Source: Vicugna vicugna | Taxonomy: Eukaryota | DNA: 64,000 bases | Direction of reading: 5' to 3' | Assembly: GCA_013265495.1 (NCBI GenBank) | Contig: MU058463.1 | Span: forward strand, 3,267,037-3,331,036 | Translations under genes and position numbers: made by a program | The notes under the pieces: model-generated | Seen by the model: only the letters and a program-made list of their open reading frames with translations | What the model was told of the DNA's origin: nothing | The model's database searches: none | Shown: one piece after another, positions 37,671-50,574 of the stretch | How the letters are laid out: every line of letters begins with the position of its first letter | Numbering within the stretch: position 1 is the first letter of the stretch

Positions 37671-40419
37671 GTTCAGATCTTAATGAGAGTGCTGAGAATT
37701 TTACTGATTCAACTTTTCTTTTTCCAATATGACTACTGGAATTGTGGAAGTAAAGTTAGGAGCCACTATACTCGCCTCCATGTGAGAAACTGTGGTTTTT
37801 GTCTCAAACTTCACATTTTGAACTTGTTTGATTGTTGGTTAAATTTTATATTTTTATTTATTTATTACTATGTTTGATTCATTTTGTTACCTACTAGGGA
37901 GAGAGCTTCTGAGTTCAAGTTTTCTTCTCCCATTTTAGCCTGAAATCTATAATATTTTAATATTAATTTATCTTTATGGCACAAACAATACATATCTACA
38001 GACACACATACACACACCTCTATGTAAGAAAATGAAAGAAAAAAAATCTGTAATTCTACCATGAAGTGACAATCATTAACACTAAGACTATTTTTCTATG
38101 ATAATGTACTGAGAACTCTTAATATACATATTTGTATTTTAATAAACTTTCATGTTTGGATATATTATTTTAACACATTAATATATAACTTTTGTTTGTT
38201 ACCCTTTTCTCACTTTAAAGCACTTTCAAAATTGATTTCATTTCAACTTTTAATAATAATAATAAAATAGTATCTTAAATAAATTTATATTTATAAAATA
38301 TTATTTTAAATGAATTTTATGAATCTAATATAATTCTTTTGATCAGTATTACTCTGATTCATCCTTGGATTTTTTTCCAACAAGTCCAATTGTGTACAAT
38401 GTTTAAATACACATGCTTATACCTTATATTTTGTAGTATTGTTTTTATTTCCTCAGACAAAGTACAAAGACGTAAGCTCAAAGGATTATTTGAGAAGGAA
38501 TCCACATTCAACTTGAGGCTGCAAATAGATCTTTCTCCAATTTCAGTTGGCCTACCTGATTTGGCCAAATCCTGGAATAACTATCTATGATTTTTAAAAG
38601 AACTAACTTTCATTATGAATCGACTATACCTCAATTTAAAAACATAAGAACTTTTGGAACTAAAGAGGACTATATGAGAATATATAGTTACAGCATTTAA
38701 TAAATTTCCATATAGTTATATAGCAATTGCTTTGTACCCCAAGCCTCATGACAAAGACCTTGAATTTTTTAAATGTTACTACACAGCTGGTACTTGACTC
38801 ATGTGTTTTATTGAATCAAGAGACATCAGGCTTTGGCTTGTCTTATGATTAGTTACTTAAAGCAGTATTAAAAATCCTAAGACTGCATTTAAGCAACAAA
38901 AAAACAATGCTGTGTCATACCAAGACTGCTAGCCTAATGAATGACATTGTGCAAGAGCCCCTAGAAAAACAGCAAACTCATGTTTGTTTCTTGTTTTGTC
39001 TCAACCATCAGGACACTTCTGTTTCTCCCCAGCACCGTCAGCTGCAGGGAAGGGGAGGAAAGGGAAGAGAGAGGAACTCATGAACTCATAAATTTGTCCT
39101 GATGCAGCCATCTGCAAGGTCACCCCACAAACACTAACGTCTGCTGGGACACAGGGATGGCAGTTCTGAAGGGAAGTTGGAGGAGAAAAGGACGGGGTCT
39201 ATTGCTCAACCTTGACTTTCTTTACTAGTGCTGGTTCATCCTCCACAAAGCACCAGCAATGAAACAAGCCTCTTCTGGCCAAGATGCTGTCATTTTAACA
39301 CCCCTCCAGGAATCTGGAAATTCCCAGTCACAGGATGCACGAGTCCCCTTGTTCCAGGTAGGACTGAGTCATACTGGTAGCAATTGCAGAGTCATTTTAT
39401 TAAATTTCAGATGCCTCACAGAAATAAACAGCTCATGTACTTCACTTTCTGGGGACAGGGAGTGCATCTCCCAAACCACAGAGGTGTTAGTGGGGATCCC
39501 AATTTCTGTCCCTCAAGGAAAGCATCCACTTCCGACTCTAAAGGGTTTTTTTCATGTTGGAACATAATTTTTCTCACTCAGTATTATATTGAGGGCTTAT
39601 CCTACATGTTTTCTTATCCTAAAATTCCAGTTTCCATGTAGAAATGTCCCACCAAGTAGCTGTTGAATAGCTTCCTCAGTAAAGTCACAAGATGGGTAGA
39701 TGCATCAATGCCTCTTCTGAGAATGTCATGTGCACTGATGCATCTTTGTCTATCCATCATCTCAAATAAAGCCAAGTTTGCTGAATGAACAAAGCAGTCA
39801 AAGAGAATCAAGAGGCCTGAATAAGCAGATAAGTCTGCTTCCAAGAACAGAAAGTAGTGATCACTCAAGAACACCCACTTTTTCCAACCTACGATCATCC
39901 TCTGCTACCCACAACACTTCACTTCAGCTCTGGCAGATATGGGAAGATGGAGTAGTCTTTGTTCAATCCACCAGTGAATGTATATGTTATTGAGTCCAGC
40001 CAGCCCTGGGCTAGATGACTTAGGCAACTTATAAACACAGCAATACACATGTTCACACACATACATGTCTCTCTGTTGTCATCGAGTCATCTGAAAAATG
40101 TTAAACCAACTTTGGGGGTAGTGTTTAATGTTTGGGATGCTCTTAGTTAAAACTGGGGCTGTGCAGCAAATGCAATTTTTGTTTCAAAGGACCCTGAGAT
40201 AAACTCAAAAAAAGATAGGCAATCTTACTGAATAGAACTAAAATTAAGATTAAGATACATCTGAAATCCCATGAGATCACCAAGTAGAAGACACTAGCCA
40301 CGCATGTAGACATGTCATGGACAGAGGAAGTCAGCAGTTGTTTGATGGGAGGCCCAGGTTAGAAGACAACTGGGCACACATGCTAAGATAGAGTCATTGA
40401 CTTATGTGCAATTGTTGGA

Positions 40420-40805
40420 GGTCTTCATTGTGAGAAACAGCAGGGTTGTATAACCTGCTATAGCAAACAGACTCAAGAAATGCATTGTGTGATCTTACTC
40501 AAGAGTAGTTTCTTTCTTGCAATCTTAACCAGGTAGATGAATAGTTTGATGTGGTGACAGAGGCCCCACCATCTTCAACACAGAATTTCCACATCTCAGA
40601 TCATCTCCATTCCAGCTGGCTGGTAGTATGGAACAGTACATGTAGGAAGTTTCTAATGAATCAGGCCTGAAATGGCACAGATCACCCCCCTCACATTCTA
40701 TTGGCTGGCTGTCAGGCCCAAAGGGAGGTGGGAAATAAGGTCCACTGAGGATGCAGAATGAAAACGAGGACTTAGGTTTTGGTGAGCAGCTTACAGGCTC
40801 TGTCT
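40420..40805 (+). mobile_element. MLT1 (J/K-like) LTR
   Basis: gccccaccatcttcaacacag, aatcaggcctgaaatggcacagatcacc, cacattctattggc, ggaggtgggaaataagg, ttttggtgagcagc. Confidence 0.7.
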
Positions 40806-40884
40806 TTAGGATAATTCTTTTAATTATATAAGGTTGGATAAAGATTCTCCCACACAGGGCTGAGTAATATAGAGAAGAGATGAC

Positions 40885-41095
40885 AACAGATAACTTTATT
40901 GAGGGTTCACAATGTGCTAGCTACTATTCTATGAGCTAGATTCAATTCTCACAGACCTTTGAGGTATGCAATGCAATCATCCTCACAGCCACACAGATGA
41001 GGCAACAAAGACCCAGAAAAATTAAGCAATTTTTTCATGGTTGTATAGCTAGCAAGTGGTAGAGCCAGGAATCTGGCTAGACTCACTCTGGAGGC
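40885..41095 (-). mobile_element. MIR SINE
   Basis: tttattgagggttcacaatgtgctagc ... acagatgaggcaacaaagacccag ... agctagcaagtggtagagccaggaatc. Confidence 0.85.
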
Positions 41096-41149
41096 TGCAC
41101 CTATAAGCAGAGAGGTAGATCAGTAGGTAGATGGGTATATCGTCTCTCA

Positions 41150-41500
41150 AGACATCTGCAATCTTATCGGGGATATAAAATCAACATGTATGGAAAAATA
41201 ATAAGCCATATATATAGACAAGTCTTGTGCACTGTGCTCTGGAATTCACATTAGCAGGAGTTACGGAAGGGAAAATAACCTGGGTAGCTGGGGATCTGTG
41301 GAGGCAATAATGACTCCAGAATGATCCAGTTTTGAAAGGCAGGAGAAGGAGGGATGTAGGGACACAGAAGAGAGCTGTGACGAGGACCTTATATTCAAGG
41401 GATGCATTGTGCTGGGGGCATACAGGATTGCTGTCCCAGGCAGTGATGGTGACGACACAGGGCTGACTATAGAGGTCAGTGTATGATGATTAGATGTGAG
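41150..41500 (-). mobile_element. L2 fragment
   Basis: Degenerate antisense L2 (tgcaatcttatcggggatataaaatc ... gtcccaggcagtgatggtg). Confidence 0.55.
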
Positions 41501-42389
41501 TGCAGGGTAATAACCAGACAGCCAGATACCCTGGGTCTGTGACTCAGACTAGACCCTCCCCACTCTATCCACCATGGGAAAAATCCCTGGGCCAGAGTTC
41601 AATGTATGGCCTTATCATTTGTTTAAGGCTTTTAATTTTTGTTTATTTTTTTAACTAGCCACATAGTTTATAATATGCAGTTTTCATAAAAGCACATTTG
41701 TAAAAAAAAAATAATGATTTTGTTGTTAAAGATCACCAGCTAAGAGCCACATGATAATTTGCTCTCAGAATTTAGTCCTGCAAACAGTTCTCTCACCTGA
41801 TAAACCAATATACTCACTTTCATTTCATGATAGAAGTTATGTAAACCATCATGGTGCTTTTGCTAAAGATAGTAGAAAGCGGAGATTAAATTCTTTCATT
41901 TTTACCCCAAAAGCAGAGAAGGGGGGAACTTTGATTTTTTAAAGCAATATCTTCTCTCACTCTTCTCCCTGCCTGCATCTCACAGCTCTGGGCTTTTGTC
42001 TTTATTTTCATGGGCTGACTCTGTGTGCACTCTTTACAGACTGCCTCAGACTATTTCCAGAAGGAAGCTGGTTAAGACAGTAGGGAACGGATAACTGAGA
42101 ACTGGGATTTGAAGGTCCCTAAAAGTTTGCCAAAATGACATCCAATGAATCTTTAAAGAAAGTTTGATGAAAGATCTTGGCAATGTGGTCCCTCCAGTTT
42201 TTAAGATTGCCTTATCTCTGCCTATCCAGGGATTTCATTCCAGGGAGAGCCAAACCAAGTGTTAGAGGTTTAAAGAGCTCATGAGAGAAACTTGTTAAAG
42301 AATCAATGGAAGTGGGAAATTTTCCTCTTTGGGCTAGGAATTTTGGTATCTGATCTCATTCATGAAAAGTGCCTAATTTTCACCTGAGT

Positions 42390-42960
42390 TTTAAAATTTC
42401 ACTTTCAACTTTAATTACAGATTCACATGCACTTGTAAGAAATAACACAGAGAGATCCCCACATCCTTTGCTCACTTTCTCCCAGTTGTAATAATATATT
42501 GCAAAGCTATAGCACAATATCACAACTGCAGTATTGACACTGATGGAGCCAAGAAGAGAACGTTTCCATCGCCACCAAGACACCTTGTGTGATCCTTTTA
42601 ATAGCTATGCTCATTTCCCTCCCCACTTTCCCGTACCCTCCTTAGCCCCTGGAAACAAATAATCTGTTCTCCATTTCTATGCTGGTGTCATTGCAAGAAC
42701 ATTTTCATCAGAATGTAACCTTTGGTATTGGCTTTTTTCATTCAGTGTAATTCTCTGGTGATTCACCCAGGTAGTCACATGTACCAACAGCTCATTCCTT
42801 TTGATTGCTGAGCACTACTTCATGGTACAGACATGTCACCAGTTATGTAACCATTCACCTGCTGAAGGACACGTAGGCTGGTTCCAGTTTGGGCTATTAC
42901 AGATAAAACTGCAATGGACATCTGGACAGAGGTTATTGTGCAAATATGAGTTTTGTTTAG
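42390..42960 (-). mobile_element. L1MC-like 3' end
   Basis: acagattcacatgcacttgtaagaaataacacagagagatcc, gcccctggaaacaaataatctgttctccatttcta, ggttccagtttgggctattac. Confidence 0.88.
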
Positions 42961-42964
42961 TTTT

Positions 42965-43545
42965 GTTTTTCTCTAGTGGATGGAGTTTCGGGGGCAAAGC
43001 ATGGCAAAGGTGGAAATCTAGGGGACCCACTCAACTTTGGCTGGTGGGGAGAGAGTGGGGCCACAGTTGATTCTGTGCTGTTTGCCTGGAATAGAGAGTT
43101 ACTCTGTGTTTTCTGTTTTCTGTCTTTCTAGGTTGTCCTTTGCCTGGCCCTTGGTCTGAGATCTATGATAGCCCTGGTTTCTGGTTTCTTCAGCCCCAAG
43201 CCTAGAATACACGAGGCAAAACCACCCGCTTGGGCACTAACCACTGCGTCATTCCTTGGGTCCCTAAATCCCTAACTGATGTTCCTCTCTACTTTTCAAA
43301 GTCTTCTTGTGTTAGTTTTATGTATAATGTTCAAGATTTTTTTATGGATTTTCTTCTTTTTTTTGGGGGGGGGTGATGAGAGGTAATTAGGTTTTATTTA
43401 TTTATTTTTAATGGAGGTACTGGGGATTGAACCCAGAACCTCATGCATGCTAAGCATGCACTCTGTCACTGTAAAGTTTTTTAATTGTACTTAGTGGAAG
43501 GAAAAGGAAAAATGCATTTACTGTATCTTCCTGAAAGTGGAAGTG
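42965..43545 (-). mobile_element. L1M4/L1MC-like 5' end, interrupted by a camelid SINE
   Basis: Minus strand starts acttccactttcaggaagatacagtaaa (cf. recalled L1M 5' acttccgcttccgggaagatggagtaga); tttcaaagtcttcttgtgttagttttatgtataatg. Confidence 0.7.
43348..43471 (-). mobile_element. Camelid SINE (Vic-1 type), 5'-truncated
   Basis: gaggtaattaggttttatttatttatttttaatggaggtactggggattgaacccagaacctcatgcatgctaagcatgcactc; first ~15 nt of the head missing. Confidence 0.92.
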
Positions 43546-46539
43546 TTCTGACATACTTCTAAACATGGATTAATGTCTCCTATAAAATAAGTAGAGACAA
43601 TATATTATCATTTTCATCTACTTCACTGATTGACCTCTATGAAGACATAATAAAGATATAAATAAAGATATTAAAAAAGTATAACTGAATCCTTTTTAAC
43701 ATCAAGATATACCATACGTTTCCAAAGCATCACAACATCTCAGCTACACGGCTGACTTACTGTTATTCCACTTGTTTCAATGTTAGTTTGTATTAAAATG
43801 GAGCTTTGGTGGGATAGCTAATTTACGCTGAAGAAAACTCTCTTTTGTAGCAACATTTGCAAGACCAGTAAATTCAAGACACTGATGAATTCAAAGCACT
43901 GTGGATACATTTACTTGCAAGACTTCTTTCATACGAACACTGAACTGAGGACCGTCCCCTACTGTGTCACATATTAATGAGTTTCTCTTTTAGACAACTC
44001 TCCACAATTAGCTAACATTAACTTAATAAAATATATTTACTTCAAACCTTGCTTCCTCTGCCTTAATTTAAAAGTATATTCAAAGTTAGAAGATAATCTT
44101 TTTTCAGACAACCACATTAAGGAGATAATGAAATGTTTAGAGTCCAGTCACTGAAAATTTGCAACCATTCAAGAAATGCATCCACTTTTAAAGATTATCC
44201 ACAATAAAGGACAAAAGAAAAAATGCAAAGCGTAATTAAGAATAAATGCATGGAAGACACCCTCCAAAGTAATGACAACATTCAGTACTCTTTATGAAAA
44301 AATAGGAAGCATATATAGAGAGAAATGAATTTTAATTAGAAAACCACAGTCCCATTTATTCTTGAAGCTTACATTTCAACTTTTTCTTATCTATAAGAAA
44401 AATTAATTTACAAATTTAACTGGATGGTCTCCATCATCTAAATGCCATTTTCCCCCTAATGTCCCATTGCTGTATGTAATGAGTCTATGAGAGCAGATTC
44501 TGAGAATCTATAAAATATACTCAAAATTTCAAACATTATTTTTAAGAATCCTTTCAATACTGTCCACAAAATGTCCCATATTTAGTTGCCAATTAAAATG
44601 TGGGTCAAAAAACACTACAGCTAGAGTGTACTGAACACAGGTAATTCACTTACACATCTTCATTCATTGATTTAACATTTATTTTCTGATTTCCTCTTAT
44701 GTTCCAGGTACTGGGCCTGAGGCTAAAACACCAAATAACCAGCAACCCTTATCCCTGAAGAACTCATGCTACAAAATGCAAAGAAAAATCTAGGCAAAAT
44801 AATCCAGAAGTATGACTTCAATTTCTAGAAATGAACCTTAATGATCACTCCAAGTCTATCTTCAAATTACTTGCCTGAATGAAACAGAAAACTGCAGTGT
44901 CTTTATTCCATTTTGCTGCTCTAGAGAAAACTTTTTAACTAAGGTAAACGCTCCTAAGGACAATGTAACCCAAAGCAGTGTATGGTGCCCTAACATTGAG
45001 CCTATACCTCATTGGTTGTGTGCCCCAGAACGTGTAGGTTCTACAAGATACATACAGTACATCTTCCTGACAAATGGATTTTACTTTAAAAGGTTGAGGG
45101 AAACACTTAAATAATTGTTCATATCTAATTTGTGTGTAATTTATACATTAAAACTCATATGATTACATTAGATACAAAAGCAAATTTCATATGAATTAAG
45201 ATTAAAAATGACCCTTTGAAAAATCTTCATTTGTGCAGTAGGCAAGTTAACTTCTGTAAATTCCTAGATATTTGCATTTTGGTGAAAAATATGCATAAGG
45301 CAGCCTTAAGTTATTTTTCCATGATACAATTAATCCATTAGGATTGAAACCGTCAGAAAGCAAGGTCTGCAATGCTTTTTAATCTGTAGTCCTGAATCCA
45401 GTAGACTTCCATATCCTCCTCCTTTCTTCTATCCAATCATAAACGGGCTAGAGATGCCTTTATATGTTGTGGGAGGGTGATTTAACCGACCATTTCATCA
45501 CCACCCACCATGTCCACTATCAAACCTGCTCTAGAGTTTTATCAGAAACCTAAGCAAGTCAGGATAAATTAAATAAAATAACTTACATATGTGTGATCCT
45601 TTTTGAAAAAATGTGATCTGCTTTACTCAATTTGCTTCTTATTTAATCCAAAGTTTCTAGATTGCATTCCTGGAACTTCTCCTTAACCATTAGAGTCCAT
45701 TTGTTTCTAATGAAATTTTTGCAAATTGCAGTAATCTAAGTAAGAAGTAAGGTCAATGCATTGTCAATTTTGTATGCAATATAAATCCCTACAAATTCTA
45801 TACTGAAAGAAATAACCACATATGAAATAAAGTTTGCAAGAAGATAGTACAGGGAAAGAAAACAGGAAATTATAAATCTTTATATTAATTTCACTCTCAG
45901 GCCTGTTGTAAAGGGAAAAGAAAAACACAGCAGAAGCCATGTACTGTAGACCATCAACACAGGATAATGCAAATTGAGGACATTAATAAATCATTTCCAA
46001 AAAAGTATCTACAGCCAAGTCTCAGTGTATAAACCCTTAAAGAATATAAATAACATTCTTCCACAAAAATAATTATCAAAGTTTATTACCAAGGAATTAT
46101 CCAAAGGATCTTCAGAAGATAAAGACTGTCATTTATTGCCTTGTTTTACAAAATTAGAATGGCATCAGTATGTTGAAGATAATGGGGAAAAAGTGATCTA
46201 TAGGCTAAATCTTTAAAAGGTGAATCAATGACTATCAATATGGAGCAAGGAAACTATTTAAAAGTAGTAGTTATAAAAATTATAGTATTTAGATATAGTA
46301 TTATATATACACACATATATAGTGATTTTACATAATATTTGTATAAACATATTAAATATGAGTCTGTATGTCTAGTACCTACATGTAGTACTTATAAGTA
46401 CTTTTTATTACTTCAGCAGTACTTATAACCTAGCTTTTATCATATCTTGTGTGCTATTTTTTAGTACTGCAGATATAAACAGTAAGAAGGGACTTCTTTT
46501 CCTGTTCTCCTGAAGTGATCTCTTCCTCAGACATAGTTA

Positions 46540-47520
46540 AATTATTATACACAGAAAGATGTCCCACAATTTTATATCTTTATCCCACGTCTCACTTCTG
46601 AGATCCAGACCGACACCTGCACCTGTCAACTCTGCACCATCTAGATTCTTTGAAAGCACCTAAAACTCAGTACGTTTGGAAGCAAATTCAAGCTCTCTGG
46701 TTAGCCTCCCCACTACATCGTCAAACCACAGCAATGAATGGTGAAAACTTCCATCTCATCATCAAAACAAAAATATTGGAATCATGTTTGGAACCTACAC
46801 TTTCTCCCTTACCTCCCAGGTTGAGGACATCATGAAGTCCTGCCATTCTTACTCTCTGAATGTTACCTGCATCCATCCACTTATCTGAATGTTCACTAAC
46901 ATCAACCTGGTTGAAGCTCCCAGATTCTCTAGTCTGGACTACCCCAATGCCTCCCACTTGTTCTATCATACCTACTCTTCCCAGCGCCCTCCCCACCATT
47001 ATCTCTCTAATACTGTACTGAAAGTGATCTTTTCAAAATGCAAATATTATTACTTACTGCTTTGCTTAAAACACAACAGTGATTGCCCTTTGTTCTTATG
47101 ATAATGAATAAAATTCTTACGGTGACTTACAAGGCAACTCCATCTTCAGCCTTGTCTGCACTGGACAGCCCCTCACTCAGGGACCCCTCACTGCACTGGC
47201 CTTCCTTCAGTTCCTCAGACACATGTGTCTCTTCCCACCAGAGAGCTTTGAAATGCTTTTGCTCAACCTAGAACACTCTCCCGCCTCCTTAACTAGTCAA
47301 CTACCGATCTTGCATCAACTCCCAGGACGGTAATTACTTCCTCAGGTAACCTTCCTTCATGCCCCTTTATTACACAATATAACATTTATGAATGTGATCC
47401 TTTGATTAATATCTATCTTGTCCACATCTGTAAGCTCCTGGAGGGCAGGGTGCATCTGGTTTTGGTCCACATTACATCCCCAGCACCTCGTTGAGTATTG
47501 GGCACATAACAGGCATTTAG
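46540..47520 (+). mobile_element. L2 LINE 3' region, about 1 kb
   Basis: ccatctcatcatc, catccatccacttatc, gtgatcttttcaaaatgcaaat, ctcctggagggcagggtgcatctgg...gggcacataacaggcatttagaatgtttgttgaa. Confidence 0.88.
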
Positions 47521-47569
47521 AATGTTTGTTGAAAATGTGACAGTGCAGAGAGGTAGGAGTGAAGTGAGC

Positions 47570-47740
47570 AATTAATGAATGCCTACTCTACACTGTATAT
47601 ACCTTCTCCATTTAGTTTCCATAAGCCTATATGGCAGATGAAGAAGCTGAAGCTCAAAGTTAACGGCTCTCATTCAAGGTCACAAGGCTAATAGCAGGTT
47701 TGTTAGGGTTTCTAAGTCTGCATCTCTTCACTCCATGACC
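47570..47740 (-). mobile_element. MIR SINE
   Basis: ggcagatgaagaagctgaagctcaaagttaacggctctcattcaaggtcacaaggctaatag. Confidence 0.75.
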
Positions 47741-47975
47741 AGAATCCTTATGTGGTGGGCACTTGTATTTCTAAGTGTTCAGGATCCACCCACCTTGCTC
47801 TGCTGGTGGGACCCTTAATTTTCTCTGGAGGAAGAAGCTTTCCCCACTCCCACTCCATGTGGGTTTGGAAAGGCTAACCTAATTCTTGGTTCCAGTGAAA
47901 GAAATCCAAATAAATAAGTAAAATAGGAATATGTGAGACAGAGAGAGAGAGAATAACTTTAAAACAAAAAATTGA

Positions 47976-48080
47976 GGGGAGGGGATAGCTCAGTGGTAGA
48001 GTGTCATGCCTAGCATGCATGAGGTCCTGGGTTCAATCCTAGTGCCTCCATTTAAAAAAAAAAGTTTAAAAAATTATTTT
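47976..48080 (+). mobile_element. Camelid SINE (Vic-1 type)
   Basis: ggggaggggatagctcagtggtagagtgtcatgcctagcatgcatgaggtcctgggttcaatcctagtgcctccatttaaaaaaaa; TSD aaaaattga at 47967-75 and 48081-89. Confidence 0.93.
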
Positions 48081-48859
48081 AAAAATTGACCATAAAGAAT
48101 TTTAAAATATGTATAATATAATTCTTCTTATGTGAAATTTTGCTTGCTATTTATAGAAAAAGACATATGATATGATAGTTGTCAAAAATTAATGTTGGTT
48201 ACTTCCAACTATGAGATTTAAGATTTTTTAAAATATACAGCCTTCTAAGCTTTGTTTGACTTTTTGAAAATGAAGATATGCTATCTATATCACCAGGAAA
48301 AAAAAAGCAAGAGTACTTTTTGGGGGGTTGGCCTGGGAGAGGTAAAATATTTGGGAGATGCTGAGTATTTATTTAGAGGTCTTTGTTTAGATAGAAAAGC
48401 CCATTCTATAGCTGGGATACCATTATTGACGCTGAAACTTCACTTAACAGGCACCATTTCTTTCCAGTTGTTTCTCAGCCAACAAACACATACATTAAGC
48501 CAAGAGCCAATGTGATTTTTGTACAAGCTTTTTTAAATTAATTTTTTAAAGTTTTATTCTTGTCACCCTCAATCTCTTAATCATTTTAGTTGTATTTCCT
48601 TACTTCTGTGCTTTCAACCAAAATTAGTAATTATATGTGAAAATTTGTAGAAATTAAAATTTTCATTAGCATGAACAGGACTGACTATAACTGAGGAAAA
48701 ACCAAATAACTTTGGAAATGAGCAAAATTTATTCTGATACATGGTGTCACATAGATTAATTCATGCTAACAGTGATGAAATCTCTAAGTATCTAAAAATA
48801 AACTGGAAATACACTTTAGAGAAGTAGTGACTTAAATACTAGAAATTCCTTACGTCTGT

Positions 48860-48965
48860 GATTGTGGAAATAATTGTTTTTTATCTCCATATCCAGTTCC
48901 TGGCATAATACCAGGCATAGAGGAAACATTTAACAAATGTTTGCTGACCAAATGAATGTTTCAAT
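48860..48965 (+). mobile_element. L2 3' terminal fragment
   Basis: atatccagttcctggcataataccaggcatagaggaaacatttaacaaatgtttgctgaccaaatgaatg. Confidence 0.75.
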
Positions 48966-49084
48966 TAGTGTTCAAAAATAACTGAAGATTATAAACAATC
49001 TTATTATGCATAGCTTTGTATAGTGACTTCTAAATTTTTCCAGATAAAATTGATTTATTTTTTAAATATTAAGAAAAGAGACCA

Positions 49085-50075
49085 ACTTCTGGCCAAGATG
49101 GTGTCCAAGGAACCAGATTTACTTTTCTGCCTTTTTAAACAACTAAAAAAAAGAAGGAAAAAAATACATGAAATGATAGTTTTCAAACACTGGACAATAG
49201 GCAGTGTAGGGCAGTGATCCTTCAAAGAGAGCATACAGATGAAGTGAGTCCTATGATTGCAGCAGGTTTTATCAGGAGTTAGAGCAGGGAAGGGTAATGT
49301 GGATGGATCCCTGTGGCCTTCCCGAGTTGATGAGATGGACTTGGGAGTCCAGGGAAGCCAAGGAGACCAGCGTTCTCAGGACTGAGTACCAAGGAGGAGA
49401 GAGACCCAGTGGGAGAGAGCTCCAGAGACCCACAGGGAGTTTTCCTCAGCCCGACGCTGGGGAAAGAACCACCGGAAAGGAACAAGAACCACCCTCGAAA
49501 TAGCCACACAGACTAGAAATAGTTTCTTGCCAGCTGCCATAGTGGGAAAACCTCGTAATTCACAGGTTACAGGTAGAAGACAAAGATACTGCCTTAGGAA
49601 TGCGGGGAAAAAATTCAGCCCTAGATTAAAGACTTCCCTGGACCTGTCAGAAAAAGCTTAAAAGCAATCCTTTAGAGGATCAAACTCATTCCAAGTAACT
49701 TAATTGTGTCCCAAATCAAAGCTCAAGTATGGATATTACATAACACACACAAGTACACACACATGAATACCCAGTGCCCACTGAGGTGAAATCTAGAATG
49801 TCTGTAATCTAATAAAAAATCACAGACAGGCCAAGAAGCAGGAATATATGTCCCAGAATGAGGAGAAAAATCCATCAATTGAAATTCCCACAAATGACAC
49901 AGCCAATAGAATCTGCAGATAAGAGTATCATGAGAGCTATGATGAGTTGTAACAACTGTATTTTGTATGTTCAAGAAAGTAGAGGAAGAGGTAAGCATTT
50001 TAAGTAGAAACATGGAAGCTCTAAGAAGACTCAAACTGAATTTCCAAAGAGAACACAAATACAATGTCTAAGGAG
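49085..50075 (+). mobile_element. Ancient L1 (L1MC/L1MD-like) 5' UTR and ORF1 start
   Basis: acttctggccaagatgg 5' motif; aaaaatcacagacaggccaagaagcaggaa and gaggagaaaaatccatcaattgaa; ORF1 disrupted. Confidence 0.85.
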
Positions 50076-50555
50076 AAGATGTATAGAAATTATCTTAGGA
50101 ATTTCTTGGCTGTAAATATGGAGGCTTGACCAATTTAAAATGAAATGTCCCTAAAATAACTGAGCCAAAGCATGAGGTAAGAACATATTTTCTTTTTGGT
50201 TTTCTATCTTTTATCCGACCACCCTAATCTCCTAACCTAAAAAGAAGTTGTCTTAAGAGCCCCTTGCTCCCCCTTGGAGTGGAGGGGAGCTGAAGGGTCT
50301 CTGAGGATCAGCAGTAGGGGCTCTGGTATCCCAAGAGCCTCTGAGGTGATGGTGTCACTGGCTTTCTAGGTCCCTGCTCATTGTTTTGGCAACTCTTTCC
50401 CTTAGAAGTATCTACCCTCCCTGATTCCTTAGGCAAAACAGCATAATGGCTTCCAAGGAAAATGATTTGTGGAGGAGAAGAACGCAAGACATCAAAATAT
50501 TGTTTTCCAAATATTGTCACATAATCATTTGTTTACAAAGAGTCTCCATAAGCAA

Positions 50556-50574
50556 CTCTTCCACCTAGTGGTAT
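50556..50574 (-). promoter_or_regulatory. CTCF-like motif (weaker)
   Basis: Minus strand ATACCACTAGGTGGAAGAG; one core mismatch. Confidence 0.35.

Noticed and set aside
30022-48080. SINE heads as tRNA genes
   Set aside because: They have A/B-box-like heads followed by the camelid SINE body, A-tail and TSDs, so they are SINEs rather than tRNAs.
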